DNA from: Dendrobates tinctorius
Taxonomy: Eukaryota
Assembly: GCF_039654945.1 (NCBI RefSeq)
Contig: NW_027361679.1
Span: forward strand, 37,758,001 to 37,822,000
Direction of reading: 5' to 3'
DNA length: 64,000 nt
The notes under the pieces are model-generated. The model had not been told where the DNA came from, did not search any database, and worked only from the letters and a program-made list of their open reading frames with translations. Shown here piece after piece: positions 9,999 to 23,500 of the stretch (its first letter is position 1; each line of letters begins with the position of its first letter). The position numbers and the translations under genes are program-made.

Positions 9999-12900
9999 AC
10001 CGGGCCAATTTTTACAATTCTGACCACTGTCCCTTTATGAGGTAATAACTCTGAAACGCTTCCATGGATCCCGGTGATTCTGACAGTTTTCTCATGACAT
10101 ATTGTACTTCATGTTAGTGGTAAAATTTCATTCAAATAACTTGCGTTTATTTGTGAAAAAAACGGAAATTTGGTGAAAATTTTGAAAATTTTGCAATTTT
10201 CCAACTTTGAATTTTTATGCCCTTAAATCACAGAGATACAGCATACAAAAAACTTGATAAGTAACATTTCCCACATGTTTACTTTACATCAGCACAATTT
10301 TGGAACCAAAATTTTTTTTTGTTAGGAAGTTATAAGGGTTAAAAGTTGACCAGCGATCTCTCATTTTTGCAACACCATTTTATTTTTACGGACCACATCA
10401 CATTTGAAGCCACTTTGCGGGGTCTATATGATAGAAAATACCCAAAAGTGACACCATTCTAAAAACTGCACCCCTTAAGGTGCTCAAAACCACATTCAAG
10501 AAGTTTATTAACCCTTTAGGTGCGTCACAGGAATTTTTTGAATATTTAAAAAAAAAAATGAACATTTAACTTTTTTTCACAAAAAAAATACTTCAGGTTC
10601 AATTTTTTTTATTTTACCAAGGGTAACAGGAGAAATTGGACTGCAAAAGTTAATGTGCAATTTGTCCTGAGTATGCTAATACCTGATATGTGGGGGGGAA
10701 CCACTGTTTCGGCGCATGGCAGAGCTCAGAAGGGAAGGAGCGCCGTTTGACTTTTTCAATGCAAAATTGGCTGGAATTCAGATCAGACGCCATATCGCAT
10801 TTGGAGAGCCCCTGATGTAACTAAACAGTGGAAACCCCCCACAAGTGACACCATTTTGGAAACTAGACCCTCCAAGGAACTTATCTAGATATGTGGTGAG
10901 AACTTTGAACCCCCAAGGGCTTCACAGAAGTTTATAACATACAGCCGTACAATTAAAAAATCATATTTTTTCCACAAAAATGATCTTTTCACCCTCAATT
11001 CTTATTTTCCCAAGGGTAACAGGACCCTAAAAGTTATTGTGCAATTTTCCCTGAGTACGCTGATACCCCACATGTGGGGGTAAACCACTATTTGGGCGCA
11101 TGGTAGAGCTCGGAAGGGAAGCAGCGCCATTTGAAGGTTTTGGCTGGAATTGAGATCGGACACCATGTTGCGTTTGGAAAGCCCCTGATGTACCAAAACA
11201 GTGGAAACCCCCACAAATGACACCATTTTGGAAACTAGACCCCCCAAGGAACTTATCTATATGTGTGGTGAGAACTTTGAACCCCCCAGTGCTTCACAGA
11301 AGTTTATAATGTCTGGGCGTGAAAATAAAAAAATCGTATTTTTTCCACAAACATGATCTTTTAGTCACCAATTTTTTTATTTTCCCAAGGGTACCAGGAG
11401 AAATTGGACCCCAAAAGTTGTTGTCCAATTTGTCCTGAGTACAATGATGCCTCATATGTGGGAGAAAACTACTGTATGGGCACACGTCGGGACTCGGAAG
11501 GGAAGTAGTGACGCTTTGGAATGCAGACTTTGATGGAATGGTCTGCGGGTGTCATGTTGCTTTTGGAGAGCCCCTGATGTGCCTAAACAGTGGAAACCCC
11601 CCACAAGTGACCCCATTTTGGAAACTAGACCCCCTAAGGAACTTATCTAGATGTGTGGTGAGCACTTTGAACCCCCAAGTGATTCACAGAAGTTTATAAC
11701 GCCCGGGCGTGAAAATAAAAAAATCATTTTTTTCCACAAAAATGATATTTTTGCCCCCAATTTTTTTATTTTCCTAAGGGTAATAGGAGAAATTGGACCC
11801 CAAAAGTTGTTTTGCAATTTGTCCTGAGTAGGCGGATACCCTATATGTGGGGGTAAAACACTGTTTGGGCGCATGGCAGAGCTTGGAAGGGAAGGAGCAC
11901 CATTTGACTTTTTCAACGCAGAATTGTCTGGAATTGAGATCAGATGCCATGTTGCGTTTGGAGAGCACCTGATGTGCCCAAACAGTGGAAACCCCCCAAT
12001 TCTAACTCCAACCCTCACCCCAACACACCCCTAACCCTAATCTCAGCCCTAATCCTAACCCTAACCCTAATGGGAAAATGGAAACAAATACATTTTCTTT
12101 TTATTTTATTATTTTTCCCTAACTAAGGTGGTGATAACGGGGGGTTTGAGTTACTATTTATAGCGGGTTTTTATGTTTGGCAGCTGTCGCACGCTAAAAG
12201 ACGCTTTTATTGTAAAAATAGTTTTTGCATCACCACATATTGAGAGCTATAATTTTTCCATATTTTGACCCACTGAGTCATGTGGGGTCTTATTTTTTGC
12301 GGGACGAGTTGACGTTTTTATTGATGCCATTTTCGGGCACGTGACATTTTTTGATCGCTTTTTATTCTGATTTTTGGGACGCAGAATGAATAAAAACCAG
12401 CGTTTCATGAATTTCTTTTGGGGGGTGCATTTACACCGTTCCACGTGCTAAATTGATAAAGCGGTTTTATTCTTCGGATCAGTACGGTTACAGCGATACC
12501 TCATTTATGTTGTTTTTTTATGTTTTGGTGGTTTTATGCAATGAAAACTATTTTATATCAAAAATAATTATTTTTGCATCGCTTTATTCTGTGAGATATA
12601 ACTTTTTTATTTTTTCACTGATGATGCTGTAAGGCAGCTCATTTTTTGCGGGACAAGATGACGTTTTCAGCGGTACCATGGATATTTATATGCGTCTTTT
12701 TGATCGCGCGTTATTGCACTTTGTTTTTTGCTTCGTTTTTTATTTTTATTTTTTAAGGGGTTCGCTAAAGGGGTTAACTAATGGGACAGTTTTATAGGGC
12801 AGGTCGTTATAGACGCGGCGATACCAAATATGTGTACTTCTATTGTTTTTTTTCTTTTTTTCTTTCCAAAAAATGAATTTATTGGGAAATATTTTTTTTT

Positions 12901-13505
12901 TCTAATTTATTTAGCGATTTTTTAAAAATTATTTTTACACTTTTTTTTTTTTAACTTTATTAGGTTGTCCCAGGGGGGACATCACTGTCCTGTGACAGAT
13001 AGCTGATCTGTCACATCACAGATCACTGTGACAGATCAGCGATCTGTCACAGGCATAGACACAGACTTCATCATGCCTGCGCTTTGCAGGCACTGAGGAA
13101 GTCTGCTCCCTACAGGCCCCCGAAGGTCCCCGTCGCCATCTTGGATCCGGGGACCTGTAGGGAAAGAGACCCCCGCAGCAGCGCTGCACATTACGCTGCG
13201 GTGGGAGGCTCAGGGAAGCACGGAGGGAGCCCCCTCCCTGCCGATGCTTCCCTTTAACTCCCGGTACACCGCGATCGTGTTTGATTGCGGTGTGCAAGGG
13301 GTTAACTTGTCGGGGGTGGTCCGTGACCCCGCCCCTGACACATTGTGCCAGGTGTCAGCTGTGATAATTAGCTGACACCTGGCCGCGATCAGCGGCGCTC
13401 ACCACGTGGGCGCCGCTGATCGCTGTGACGTACTATCCCGTCCCCGGGAATTAAGTCCCAGGGCACATGGATGGGATAGTACGTCACATGGGATTAAGGG
13501 GTTAA
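9999..13505 (+). mobile_element. Large non-autonomous TTAA-type (Kolobok/T2-like) DNA transposon, left tip missing; internal ~360-420-bp tandem units and a CCCTAA-like tract
   Basis: Right end GGGATTAAGGGG followed by TTAA; homologous to the copies at ~45770 and ~51740. Confidence 0.75.
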
Positions 13506-14287
13506 GGATACCATTTACATGCAGATACAATCTTTTGATCACCCGTTCTTGCATTTTAATGCAATGTTGCGGCGACCAATAAAACGCAATTCTGGCGTTT
13601 TGATTTTTTTCCCCGCTACGTTTAGCGATGGGGTTAATCCTTTTTTTCATTGATAGATCGGGTTATTCTGAATGCGGCGATACCTAATATGTGTATCTGT
13701 GATTTTTTTATTTTATTTTGAATGGGGCAAAAGGGGGGTGATTTAAACTTTTATTTTTTTAAATTTTTTCCATATTTTTTAAAACTTTTTTTTTAAATTT
13801 TGGCATGCTTCAATAGCCTCCATAAGAGGCTAGAAGCATCCATTACTTGATCGGCTCTGCTACATATAGGCGATGAACAGATCGCCTATATGTAGCAGAA
13901 TTACAGCATTGCTATGAGCGCCGACCACCGGCGGCACTCATAGCAATGCCTCCTCAACAACCATAGAGGTTTCTAGGAGACCTCAGGTTGTTATGGCAAT
14001 GCATCGCTGACCCCCGGTCAAGTGATGGGGGTCGGCGATGCGCATATTTCTGGCCCGGCGAATGGAAGCGCTGGTTAAATCCCACTGTCAGAGTTTGATA
14101 GCGGGATTTAATTAGTTAATAGGCACGGGTGGATCACGCTTCCACATGTGCCTATTGCGGGCACATGTCAGCTGTAGAAAACAGCTGACATGTCCTGGCT
14201 TTGATGCAGGCTCACCGGAGACCTCATCAAAGCGAGGATACTGCCATTGGACGTACTATTGCGTCCAATGGCAGTAAGCGATTTAAA
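13506..14287 (+). mobile_element. Right part of an older Kolobok/T2-like MITE
   Basis: Similar to 15750-17325; subterminal hairpin GGACGTACTATTGCGTCC and a decayed AAGGGGTTAA-like end. Confidence 0.55.
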
Positions 14288-15749
14288 CATTGTATCAATG
14301 TTACAATTTGTCTCTAAATTCTGGAGGGCGTTTTGTAGGAAATTGGGGATTGATTTGTTGTTTTCCTCTGCTTTACTGCCCTGAAACTAACTCTCAGACA
14401 GAGAGGATGAATCAAGTTTTAAGATGATTTGTGGTGGCTCACCTGAAGGTCTGGTCCTCATTTTTGCCTCTTGCTGAGTTCGCCTTTAACAGTTGGGTCA
14501 ATCAGTCCACTGGAACCTCGCCTTTCTTTTGTAACTATGGTTTTCATCCTCATTTTGGTGAATTTTCTAGGATGAGCTTTGGATGTCTCGAAGTAGATTC
14601 GACTAATCAGAAACTTGGGGATGTTTGTAGGGAGGTTCAGAGGAATATTGAGGTGGCTCAATTTCATTAAAAACGTAAGGCCAATAGGAAACGTTTGGTG
14701 GGTTCCACTTTCAAAGTTGGTCATAAAGTTTGGTTACCATCCAAGAATATTAGGCTAAAAGTACCTTCGGTGAAGTTGGGTCCTAAATTTATTGGCCCAT
14801 GCGTGATTCTAGAGGTAGTCAAACGAGTTGCCCTTAGATAAAATCTTCTGCAGTCCCTTCGTGTCGCCCCAATGTTTTTCACAAATCCCAGTATCGTGGA
14901 TTCTCAGTGAGTCTGAAATTCCCTCCAATATCTTGTTCATTGGAGGGGATATGGACCCAAGGAGGGATTCTGGGTTCCATATCGATCAGTGAAGGCTGAT
15001 CGTTTGGTCAGAGCTTTTCACTGTAGGTTTCCTGAGAAACCTGGGAGTCAGGTGCCCCTCTCTATAAGAGGGGGTACTGTCACAATTCCTCCGCCCAGAG
15101 TGTCTGAGACTTGGTGATGGGCAGCTCTGTCATTCTATCCTATGCAGGGGCTTGTTGAGCTGTTGGTGCCTTGATTGACAGCTCAGTTCACCTGTCTGAG
15201 ACTTAGAGGTTCAGAGATATTTCCAGGTGGTCCCTGTTCTTAGTAATTTCCCTGCTATTTAGGTGAGCTGTCTGGTCCAGATCACTGCCAGATAAAAGCT
15301 TATACTCTCTGGTGTGTGTTTGTCTAATTCCTGTGCTGTGAGTTCTGAACTACTTCTTCCTGACCTTTGGACCGTGTTCTAACAACCCATTTGTTATTTC
15401 CCCTTTGCTTATCAATTATTTCTCTGGTATTCTGACCCTAGACTGTGATCTGACTTATGCCTTTATCTTTTCCCTCAGTTTACTACGTGCTCTCTTGGTA
15501 CTGATCAAAGGAACGTCTGACTTCTCTACCTTACGGCCTGTGTGTGAGTTGTGACTAGTGTCCCATTTGACTAGCATCAGACATGTTACGGAAAGGAGAA
15601 CAAATTTAGAAAATGTATTCCAATTGTCCTTTGCAGTTATAAAAAAAAAAAAAACATCTGTGAAAAACACTATTTATTTTCCCAGTATTGGCAAAAAAAA
15701 ATTAAAAAATATTACGCCCCAAATATCATGAAAAAAAGGATGAATAAAG

Positions 15750-17325
15750 TATAACCCTTTCATAACCTTACGATTTTCCATTTTTACTCTTTCGTTTTTT
15801 CCTTCCCTTCTTCGAAGAGCCACATAGTTTTTTTTGCAGGACGAGTTGTACTTTTGAATGACATCATTGATTTTACAATGTAGTGTACTGGAAAATTCCA
15901 CAATTATGTTTTTTTTTATTTACTATGTTCACTATATGGTAAAACTGACCTGGCTAAATGATTTTACTTATGTCATCATTTTCCAAGACCTGGAGTATTT
16001 TCATTTTTCATGGGATCTGGTGCTGGATGAAGACTTATTTTTTGCAGCTTGACCTGACATTTTTATTGATACCATTTTGGGGTAGATATGATGTTTTTAT
16101 CCCTTCTTATTGCATTTTATTGCAGTGTCGCTGCCGACCAAAAATAACATAATTCTGGCATTTTGATTTGTTTTCTTGTTACGCCATTAATTGTTCTTAT
16201 ATTTTGATAGATTAGACATTTCTGAATGCAGCGAATATGTGTACTTTTATACTGCCCCCTGTGGGCGGGATTTGTGATATGCTTCCAGCTGGCACATGTT
16301 AAATCCTGCTGTCTGTGATTGACAGCGGGATTTGACAGGTTAACAGTTGTGGTTGTTAAAGGCACTTGATGGTCAATCAGTAATCAAGTGCGGGGAAAGA
16401 TACAGGTGTGACGACACAGTGTCAAACTGGCCACTGATGCGTGGTGAATTATTATTAATTATGTTCCTTTGTTTAGTAGGTCAAGGGACATTAGCCATTG
16501 TTTCATGTGAGACTGTTGGATGACCCTTTTCGTATGCTAATTTGCAGAATTCCTGCTGATTATGTATTGCATCAACCCCCTGGGGTGTACTAGTCTGCAC
16601 AACTTGGAGGACAAATATGCAGTCTAATTGAACAATTGAACAATGAGGAGGGATTTCCTACCTCCACCTTCCCTCAATCCTGTGGCACAGTGCCCTGAAA
16701 TGAGAGCTGTTTGATATAAAAGGGCCCTGCTTCTGTCACCGGTGTGACTTTACAGGTCGTCAGCCCAAAAACCACGTATTCAGCTAGTGGAATACAGATC
16801 TGCTCCACTGCCCATCACTGAGCCAACAAAATTGTTTGGAGAACCCAGTTTGGGACAATCGTGTCACTAGGCCACAAAATTCGCTGTGCTCCGTCAGCTG
16901 CCTAAGCTTGCAACAACTTCTCTGTGGGTGCCCGCCAAAAGCGGGGTACTACTGGTTGGGGTAGTTGAGCTTTGATGCTCCAAAGTTAGGGATGTTCTAA
17001 TCCCCAGAGAGCCAGGGGAAGAGTGAGACTGTCATTTGATCAATCTTGTGTATTTACTGGGAATGTACAATATTTTGTTGACTGTTGTTGATCCAATAAA
17101 GTCTTACCAGAGTGTGGAAACCTCACCTTGTGTTATCTGAGTAGTGTCCTGCCCACGGGAAAGGAGTACGGGCCATGGCCCGTTCGGTCTTTCTAAAGAC
17201 AGCCAGGCCAGCGGAGAAGAGCACCCACTGACCCTCATAAGTCTTCACAGCGAGCTCAGTGTCGGAGCCCGCATCAAAGGCAGGAACACGAACATGAATA
17301 AACAGCCTGGTCTGTAACTGGTTAC
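15750..17325 (+). mobile_element. Kolobok/T2-like MITE interrupted by a solo LTR
   Basis: TAACCCTTT left end; internal similarity to 13506-14287. Confidence 0.55.
16407..17249 (+). mobile_element. Solo LTR
   Basis: TGTGA...TCACA ends; TATAAAA at ~16715; AATAAA at ~17095; TSD decayed (ACAGG/GCGAG). Confidence 0.7.
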
Positions 17326-17392
17326 TTAATCAATTCTTGCTGTAAAAATCTAAAGGTGAAAACGTTGATCACACGCTGATATTTCCTCACAG

Positions 17393-17559
17393 AATGGTCT
17401 CCCATCACCAGAGAAGCCTTACATTTTTAATGGGGACTTCGTAGACCGAGGGAAACAATCGGTAGAGATCTTGATGATCCTTTTCGCATTCTTACTGGTT
17501 TACCCTAAGGATGTTCATTTGAACAGAGGAAATCATGAAGACTATCTGGTTAATTTAAG
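17393..17559 (+). CDS. ppef2: ppef2 exon ([20 protein letters not shown]...[12 protein letters not shown])
   Basis: cag acceptor, gtaag donor, 167 nt; PPP catalytic motifs. Confidence 0.95.
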
Positions 17560-20500
17560 GTAAGATTTGTGAAAGCAAACATGTATTAAAGTTTGTGTTT
17601 TCAACAGTTATTTAAACTTATTTTTGTTTTTCTGCTTGAGATATGGATTCACCAAGGAAATAATGAAAAAATACAAGGTATGTCTACTGAAATGCCGCTC
17701 TTATGAAGCAAGTCAATTATCTAAAAACGAAAGATGTATGGCAAAAGTTTACAATCTGAAATGACAAGCTTTGTTTCAGTACTTTACTCACTAGTAAAAT
17801 TTAAATGTATTAAAGGGCTTTAGTTCTACAATAAGAATGTAAAAAATAAATGTTTGAGATTGTAATCCTGTGCTGAAATCTTAAAGCTTGAAGTGACAGG
17901 CCCAATTCTGTATGCCTCATAGATGTGATGTCATGCATTAACTTCTGTCAGACTAAAGGGGGTTTTACACTAAGCGATATCGCTAGCAATATCGCTAAAA
18001 CGTCACTGGTTTTGTGACGTTATAGCGATATTGCTAGTGATATCGCTATGTGTGATACTTACCAGCGACCGGCTCCCCCGCTGTCCATCGCTGATCGCGC
18101 GAGAATGTCCGGCTCCATTTCTCGTCGGGCGCTTCCTGCTGAGACTTCCTGCTGTGACGACGAGCGACGCGTGGAGGCGGGCGGGAGGACGCAGGATCGC
18201 TGTGTGTGAATGGTAAGTATCGTGCGCTGCGTCGCTGCTGCATCGCTGTGAGATCTTTCTGTATGAAAGCTCACTAGCGATCATTTAGCGATGCACCAGC
18301 GATCCTGACCGGGTCGGATCGCTGGTTGGATCGCTGGTGCATCGCTAAATGTAAAAGGGCCTTAAGTTTTATCAAAAACTGTTGATTTAAGCATCTTTAT
18401 TATCTACTTTATACCAAAACTTAAATAGAAACAGGTATATATAGGTATATGTGGTCATTGAGGGTAGGTGGTGTTTCAATGAACCAAATAATATAATAGT
18501 GCCTCCTCGAGTTCTTCACCTGTAAATATAAGCATACAATTCCAAAATTTCCCGTATTATTTTTTTTTTAAAGATGTTTAACGAGGTTATAACTATTGTA
18601 CTAGTACAGTGCCTTGCAAAAGTATTCAGCCCCCTGGAACTTTTAAACCTTTTCCCACATATCATGCTTCAAACATAAAAATACCAAATGTAAATTTTTG
18701 TTGAAGAATCAACAACAAGTGGAACACAGTTGTGAAGTTGAATGAAATTTATTGGTTATTTTAAATTTTTGTGGAAATTCAAAAACTGAAAAGTGGGGCG
18801 TGCAATATTATTCGGCCCCTTTAACTTAATACTTTGATGCGCCACCTTTCGCTGCAATTACAGCTGTATTTAAAACTTTAAAATAACCAATAAATTTCGC
18901 TCATCTTCACAATTGTGTTCCACTTGTTGATTCTTCACCAAAAATTTACATTTGGTATCTTTATGTTTGAAGCATGATATGTGGGAAAAGGTTGAAAAGT
19001 TCCAGGGGGCCGAATACTTTCGCAAGGCACTGTATGCATAGAAAGTAGAACAATAAATTTAATTTGAGGAAACCAGTTATCTTTCGCAAAAATTGTCTAG
19101 TTCATAAAATTCTAAGAGTTTAGATGTTATGTTGAACAAATGACCTTGGTTTCCATCTTAGAAATCTTAAAATTGATTCACAATGCAAATAAGACAGTGT
19201 GTATAGATAAGGTATAGATCCTGCAAATAATGCATCACACTCTACTTAATCAAATATGTATTATTTATTAGAAATACTAAAGACATATTGCATCATGTTA
19301 GAGTATATGTGTACCATGAAAATACAATACTTGATCATGTAGTCAACATATTACAATCTATGTAAGATAGTAGATTTATCTTAGAATAAGTTAATATCAT
19401 GCATATGCAATAGTGTGCATTATACATGGTAGTATGTTAAATAAAGCATGAGCCATATTATGAATGATAGTTACCCGAATCTAACAATATATGACCACAC
19501 CCCGACGCGCGATTCTCAAGGGGATTTCTTAGTGTGCCGTCATCCTTACCCCAAACTAGATTGTAATCACATGTATTGTTTAGAATACTACCGTGTTTGA
19601 TGATGTCATCGCACTGCGCACCCTATGCCGTGTCGGCATATAGGAAGTGTATAACTCTACGTTCCACGGTAAGGCCACACATGACTGCGCACAGTACATA
19701 GCACATGTCACGTGCCCGCTTAAGTGAAATCAGTTTAACCATTAATATTCCGCTATTGTATTGATTTATGGAGTTACAGAAACTGACTACATAAAGATAA
19801 AATAAATATAAGTGGTATAATAGATTGCAAATAAGTGTATTGGGACCAAAATAATGTTTACATATATACAAGAGTGCAAAGAAACCACATATCCTATGTT
19901 GCATAAGATATATTACGGTAGATATCCTGGAAATCTTCTAACAGAATATTCTTGTTTTGTGACCGTAAAGTTTCATGGGAAAAAAATTCTGAAAATGCTA
20001 CAAAATGTTTTTAGTTGGCTTCCATTGGCTACAGTAATAGATCAAAAAGTACTGGTTACACATGGAGGAGTGTCTGACTCTACAAATTTGGAGATTTTAT
20101 CAAAGATTGAACGACACAAGGTGAGACATTTCTTAATAATCCCCAAGATATCTTCCTTGCAGTATTTTTCCATCTTTTGTCTATATCCATTATGATATAT
20201 ATAGTTATTTCTGATCACTATATTTGCCTAATAACACATGTAGGGCTAGAGCTTTTCAAGCACCACACTTCAAACGTTAAATGCATATTCGGGGGCTTCA
20301 CCTCATACAAGGACGTACTGTCACTTTTTTCTGATGGATATAGCGTACCAATACCATTTCTAGTCCCTGAAGAACCGTAACCCAGATGGGAAAATCATGT
20401 AGCAACAGCATGTATGTGGGTCGCCCTCCCAGGGCTGTGGGATATTCGGTACCGGGCCGGCATCGGCGGGATGTGTCACTGCAGCGGTGACCCGGTCCGT

Positions 20501-23500
20501 GGCCCTGGGCGCCCAAGTATTAGAGGAGATTGAAGGGTGGAATGTAGTTAATGGAATAGTTCGTGACGCCACCTGTGGTGTTCGGCAAGTGAGATGTTAA
20601 GCCGTCGCTGCATGCAGATCCAATGGGACTGATAGTATGGTGCAGAAAAGATGTAAAAGCTCCCCACAGGTGAAGCTGTAGTCCCAGGGCAGTGTAGATG
20701 TGGTTGGTACGGGGATGTAGCAGTGCCGGAAGGGTAGGAAGCAGACAAAGACACAGCAGGGTGCAATTTCTGTACCTTTACTTGATAAATGCAGTCCAGG
20801 GTCCTGATTACAGATGGTACCGGAGCAGGCTAACCTGGAAGCAGCTCAGGGATTCTCTCTCAGCAGATGGGCTGTGCAGTCTCCTTCTTAGCGCCTTTAA
20901 GGGTGAAGTACTCCTAGTACTGAGTTACACTGAAGTTCCTCCTAATTCTCTTCTACTAGCACTCCTCGTATGGCAGACAGCTGTAGCCGCTATTCCTCTC
21001 TTGGCTCACTCCGTGCTGTTGTGCCTCCGAGTCTTAGATGGGAGTAGGGCATTTACAGCCTCCTACTCCTCTGGTGTCTGTTGCAGGACCATTAGTATCC
21101 GTACAACCTTGGAGACCAGGCTCCAGTTCATGCGCTCTCACTGTGAGGGAGCTCTCCTTCCTCAGCTCAACCTCCAGCTTCTCTCCACTCGTCTGCATAC
21201 GTGGACCTCCTCACACTAACTGACCACTCCTTCCTCTTGGCCCTCAGAGAGCACTCCTCCCCTCAATTCTGGTTCAGAGTCCCCCCTGCTGGCCTGGAGT
21301 GGAACTGTGTTGCATGTATAGGTTAACTGCGAGAGAGACCCTTCACTGCTTCCAAGCATGACATCACCCTCCCTGGAGGAAGGCAAAGTCACTGTGGCGG
21401 CCATACTCCTGGGGGCACCACATTCCCCCCTAGTGCAAGTCAGCACTCCTGGGCTGAGCAAAACATGAAAAACATATAAACAATTAGACAATGTGAACAA
21501 TTATAATTGTACAAGATTTGTAAAAAGGGAAAAATTTACAAAAACCAAGAGCTCCAAAAATAGTCCTATGATGGCAAGTCCAAGCATCAATGTCCATGGT
21601 CCTTTCCTGGGCAAATGGTGAGCTATATACAAGTTGGTGACCACACAAGTCCTGTGGTAAAAACAAAACTGGCAAATTCAAAGGAAACTCTTACAGGTTA
21701 CCTGTAGGCACAAAACTTGAAAAACAGTTACACATATACACAATTTCAACATTCACATAAACTTTAGCTATATACGATATCTGATGGGTGGTATACCTTG
21801 TGTAGTACGGGTAGACCTGCGTAATACTGGTGTAGTGTGTAATGTACTGGATACACTACTGGTGGTTCTACATGGCACAGGGATACTAGACTGTCTGTGA
21901 ACTCTTAGACTCACCATGGGCATAACAGGTTCACCACTGGCAGGGCGAGGGTTCCCTGGCTCCACTGCTGGTGTGGCTTCTGCTGCCTGATTTTCCTGAT
22001 CTTCAGGATTTTCTTGAGTCACTTCTTCCTGTGCTACCAATTGGGGAAATGTCAACACTGGCACCACTATTGCATCATTTACTTTAGTCCAATTTGCAGG
22101 GAATTCTCCAAGTATGGTGCTGACCTTTTCTTCTTCTGTGGGTTGGATGTTATCTTGTTCTTCCATTCTTTCCTTTAACTGATCAGAGCATAATTTCAAA
22201 TGATCTCTTGATATTGCTGTTGAGGTTTCTCCTCCATCTTTACTAATAAGGCACACCTTGGTATTGTCAAAGTTTGAGGGTAGAATGGTGTAGGGTTCAG
22301 CTTCCCATTGATCATCCAGCTTATGCAGTCTTCTTTTCCTCTTGAGGACTTGCTCTCCTGGTGAAAAGGAAACTGCAGGTGCATGCTGATTGTAGTGCCC
22401 TTCTTGGCTTTTTCTTGCCTGGGCTAAACTCTTTTCCACACATTCTTGTACTCTTCTGTACTGTTGCTGCCTCTCTGTGTCCCAGTCAGCATCTGGTGAC
22501 GTCACTTCAAGTGTAAGGACTCCCATGTCCAAATCAATAGGCAGTTTACCAGGCCTCGCTCTCATTAGGTAGGCTGGAGTGCAGTTGGTGGAATTCACAG
22601 GGATGTGGTTGTAGAGGTCTACCAGATCTGGCAACTTTTCTGGCCACAGATTCCTCTCCTCCAAAGGCAAGGTCTTCAGTAGGATAATCACTACCTGGTT
22701 CATCTTCTCACACATGCTATTGGTCTATGGGTGATACGGTGTTGTCCGGATCTTTTTACAACCATACAAGTTACAGATTTCCTGGAACACTTCTGCCACA
22801 AAAGCGGGACCTTGATCTGTAAGCCCTTGCTCAGGATATCCATGTGGTCTACAGAAGTGCTGTTGGAATGCTCTGGCTGCTGTCCTGGCTGTTTGATCTT
22901 TCACAGGCACAACTACCAGGAATCTTGAGTAGTGGTCCACAATGGTAAGAGCATAGATGTAGCCTGACCGGCTTGGAACCAGCTTCACATGGTCCAGGGC
23001 TACCAACTCAAGTGGCTGTTTGGTTATGATTGGCTGCAGAGGAGCTCTCTGGCTGTCTCGATCCTTTCTGCGCAGGTTACATTGTCCACACTCCCGGCAC
23101 CACCTCTCAATGGCTTTCCTCATACCAGCCCAGTAGAACCTCTCCCGGAGCAATGCTTCCAACTTCTTCCATCCGAAGTGTCCAGCTCCATTGTGGTATG
23201 CTTCCAGGACCATTGATGCTTCTCTCTTTGGGACTATCACCTGCCAAACCAGCTCATGAGTGCGGGCATTGATACTCCTCCGACACAGCTTTCCTTCATA
23301 AATGAACAGCCGACCTCTTTCCTTCCACAACTGCTGGGTTTCTTCAGGAGCATTTGACTCTGGGCGTGAGTCAGCTTGTGACAGTAGCTGCTTCACCAGG
23401 CGGACTGCAGGGTCATTATCCTGAGTTTCTGCCCAGTCGAGATGGGGCAATGGATTTAGGGTGACCTCTTTCAAGCCAGACCGTCTGTTTCTCACTCCTT

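Larger units (their letters stand above)
1900..15588 (+). mobile_element. Decayed chromoviral Ty3/Gypsy element split by nested insertions (pieces ~1900-3727, 4174-4530, 5303-5756, ~14290-15588)
   Basis: Frameshifted gag (WND..RSQF, CCHC), protease, RT (FSKLDIRG, MPFGLTNAPAVFQ), RNase H (VEVDAS, TDHK), integrase and chromodomain relics. PPT AAGAGGGGG precedes a 3' LTR starting TGTCA at 15078. No 5' LTR is visible. Confidence 0.85.

Noticed and set aside
1-17392. Upstream ppef2 exons (IQ motif, GDxHG)
   Set aside because: No matching exon was found by eye; they are presumably upstream of the window.
20698-21219. 173-aa ORF, duplicated at 27479-27982, as a possible env or accessory gene
   Set aside because: It lies antisense within the LTRs, has no ATG start, and the two copies differ at the 3' end.
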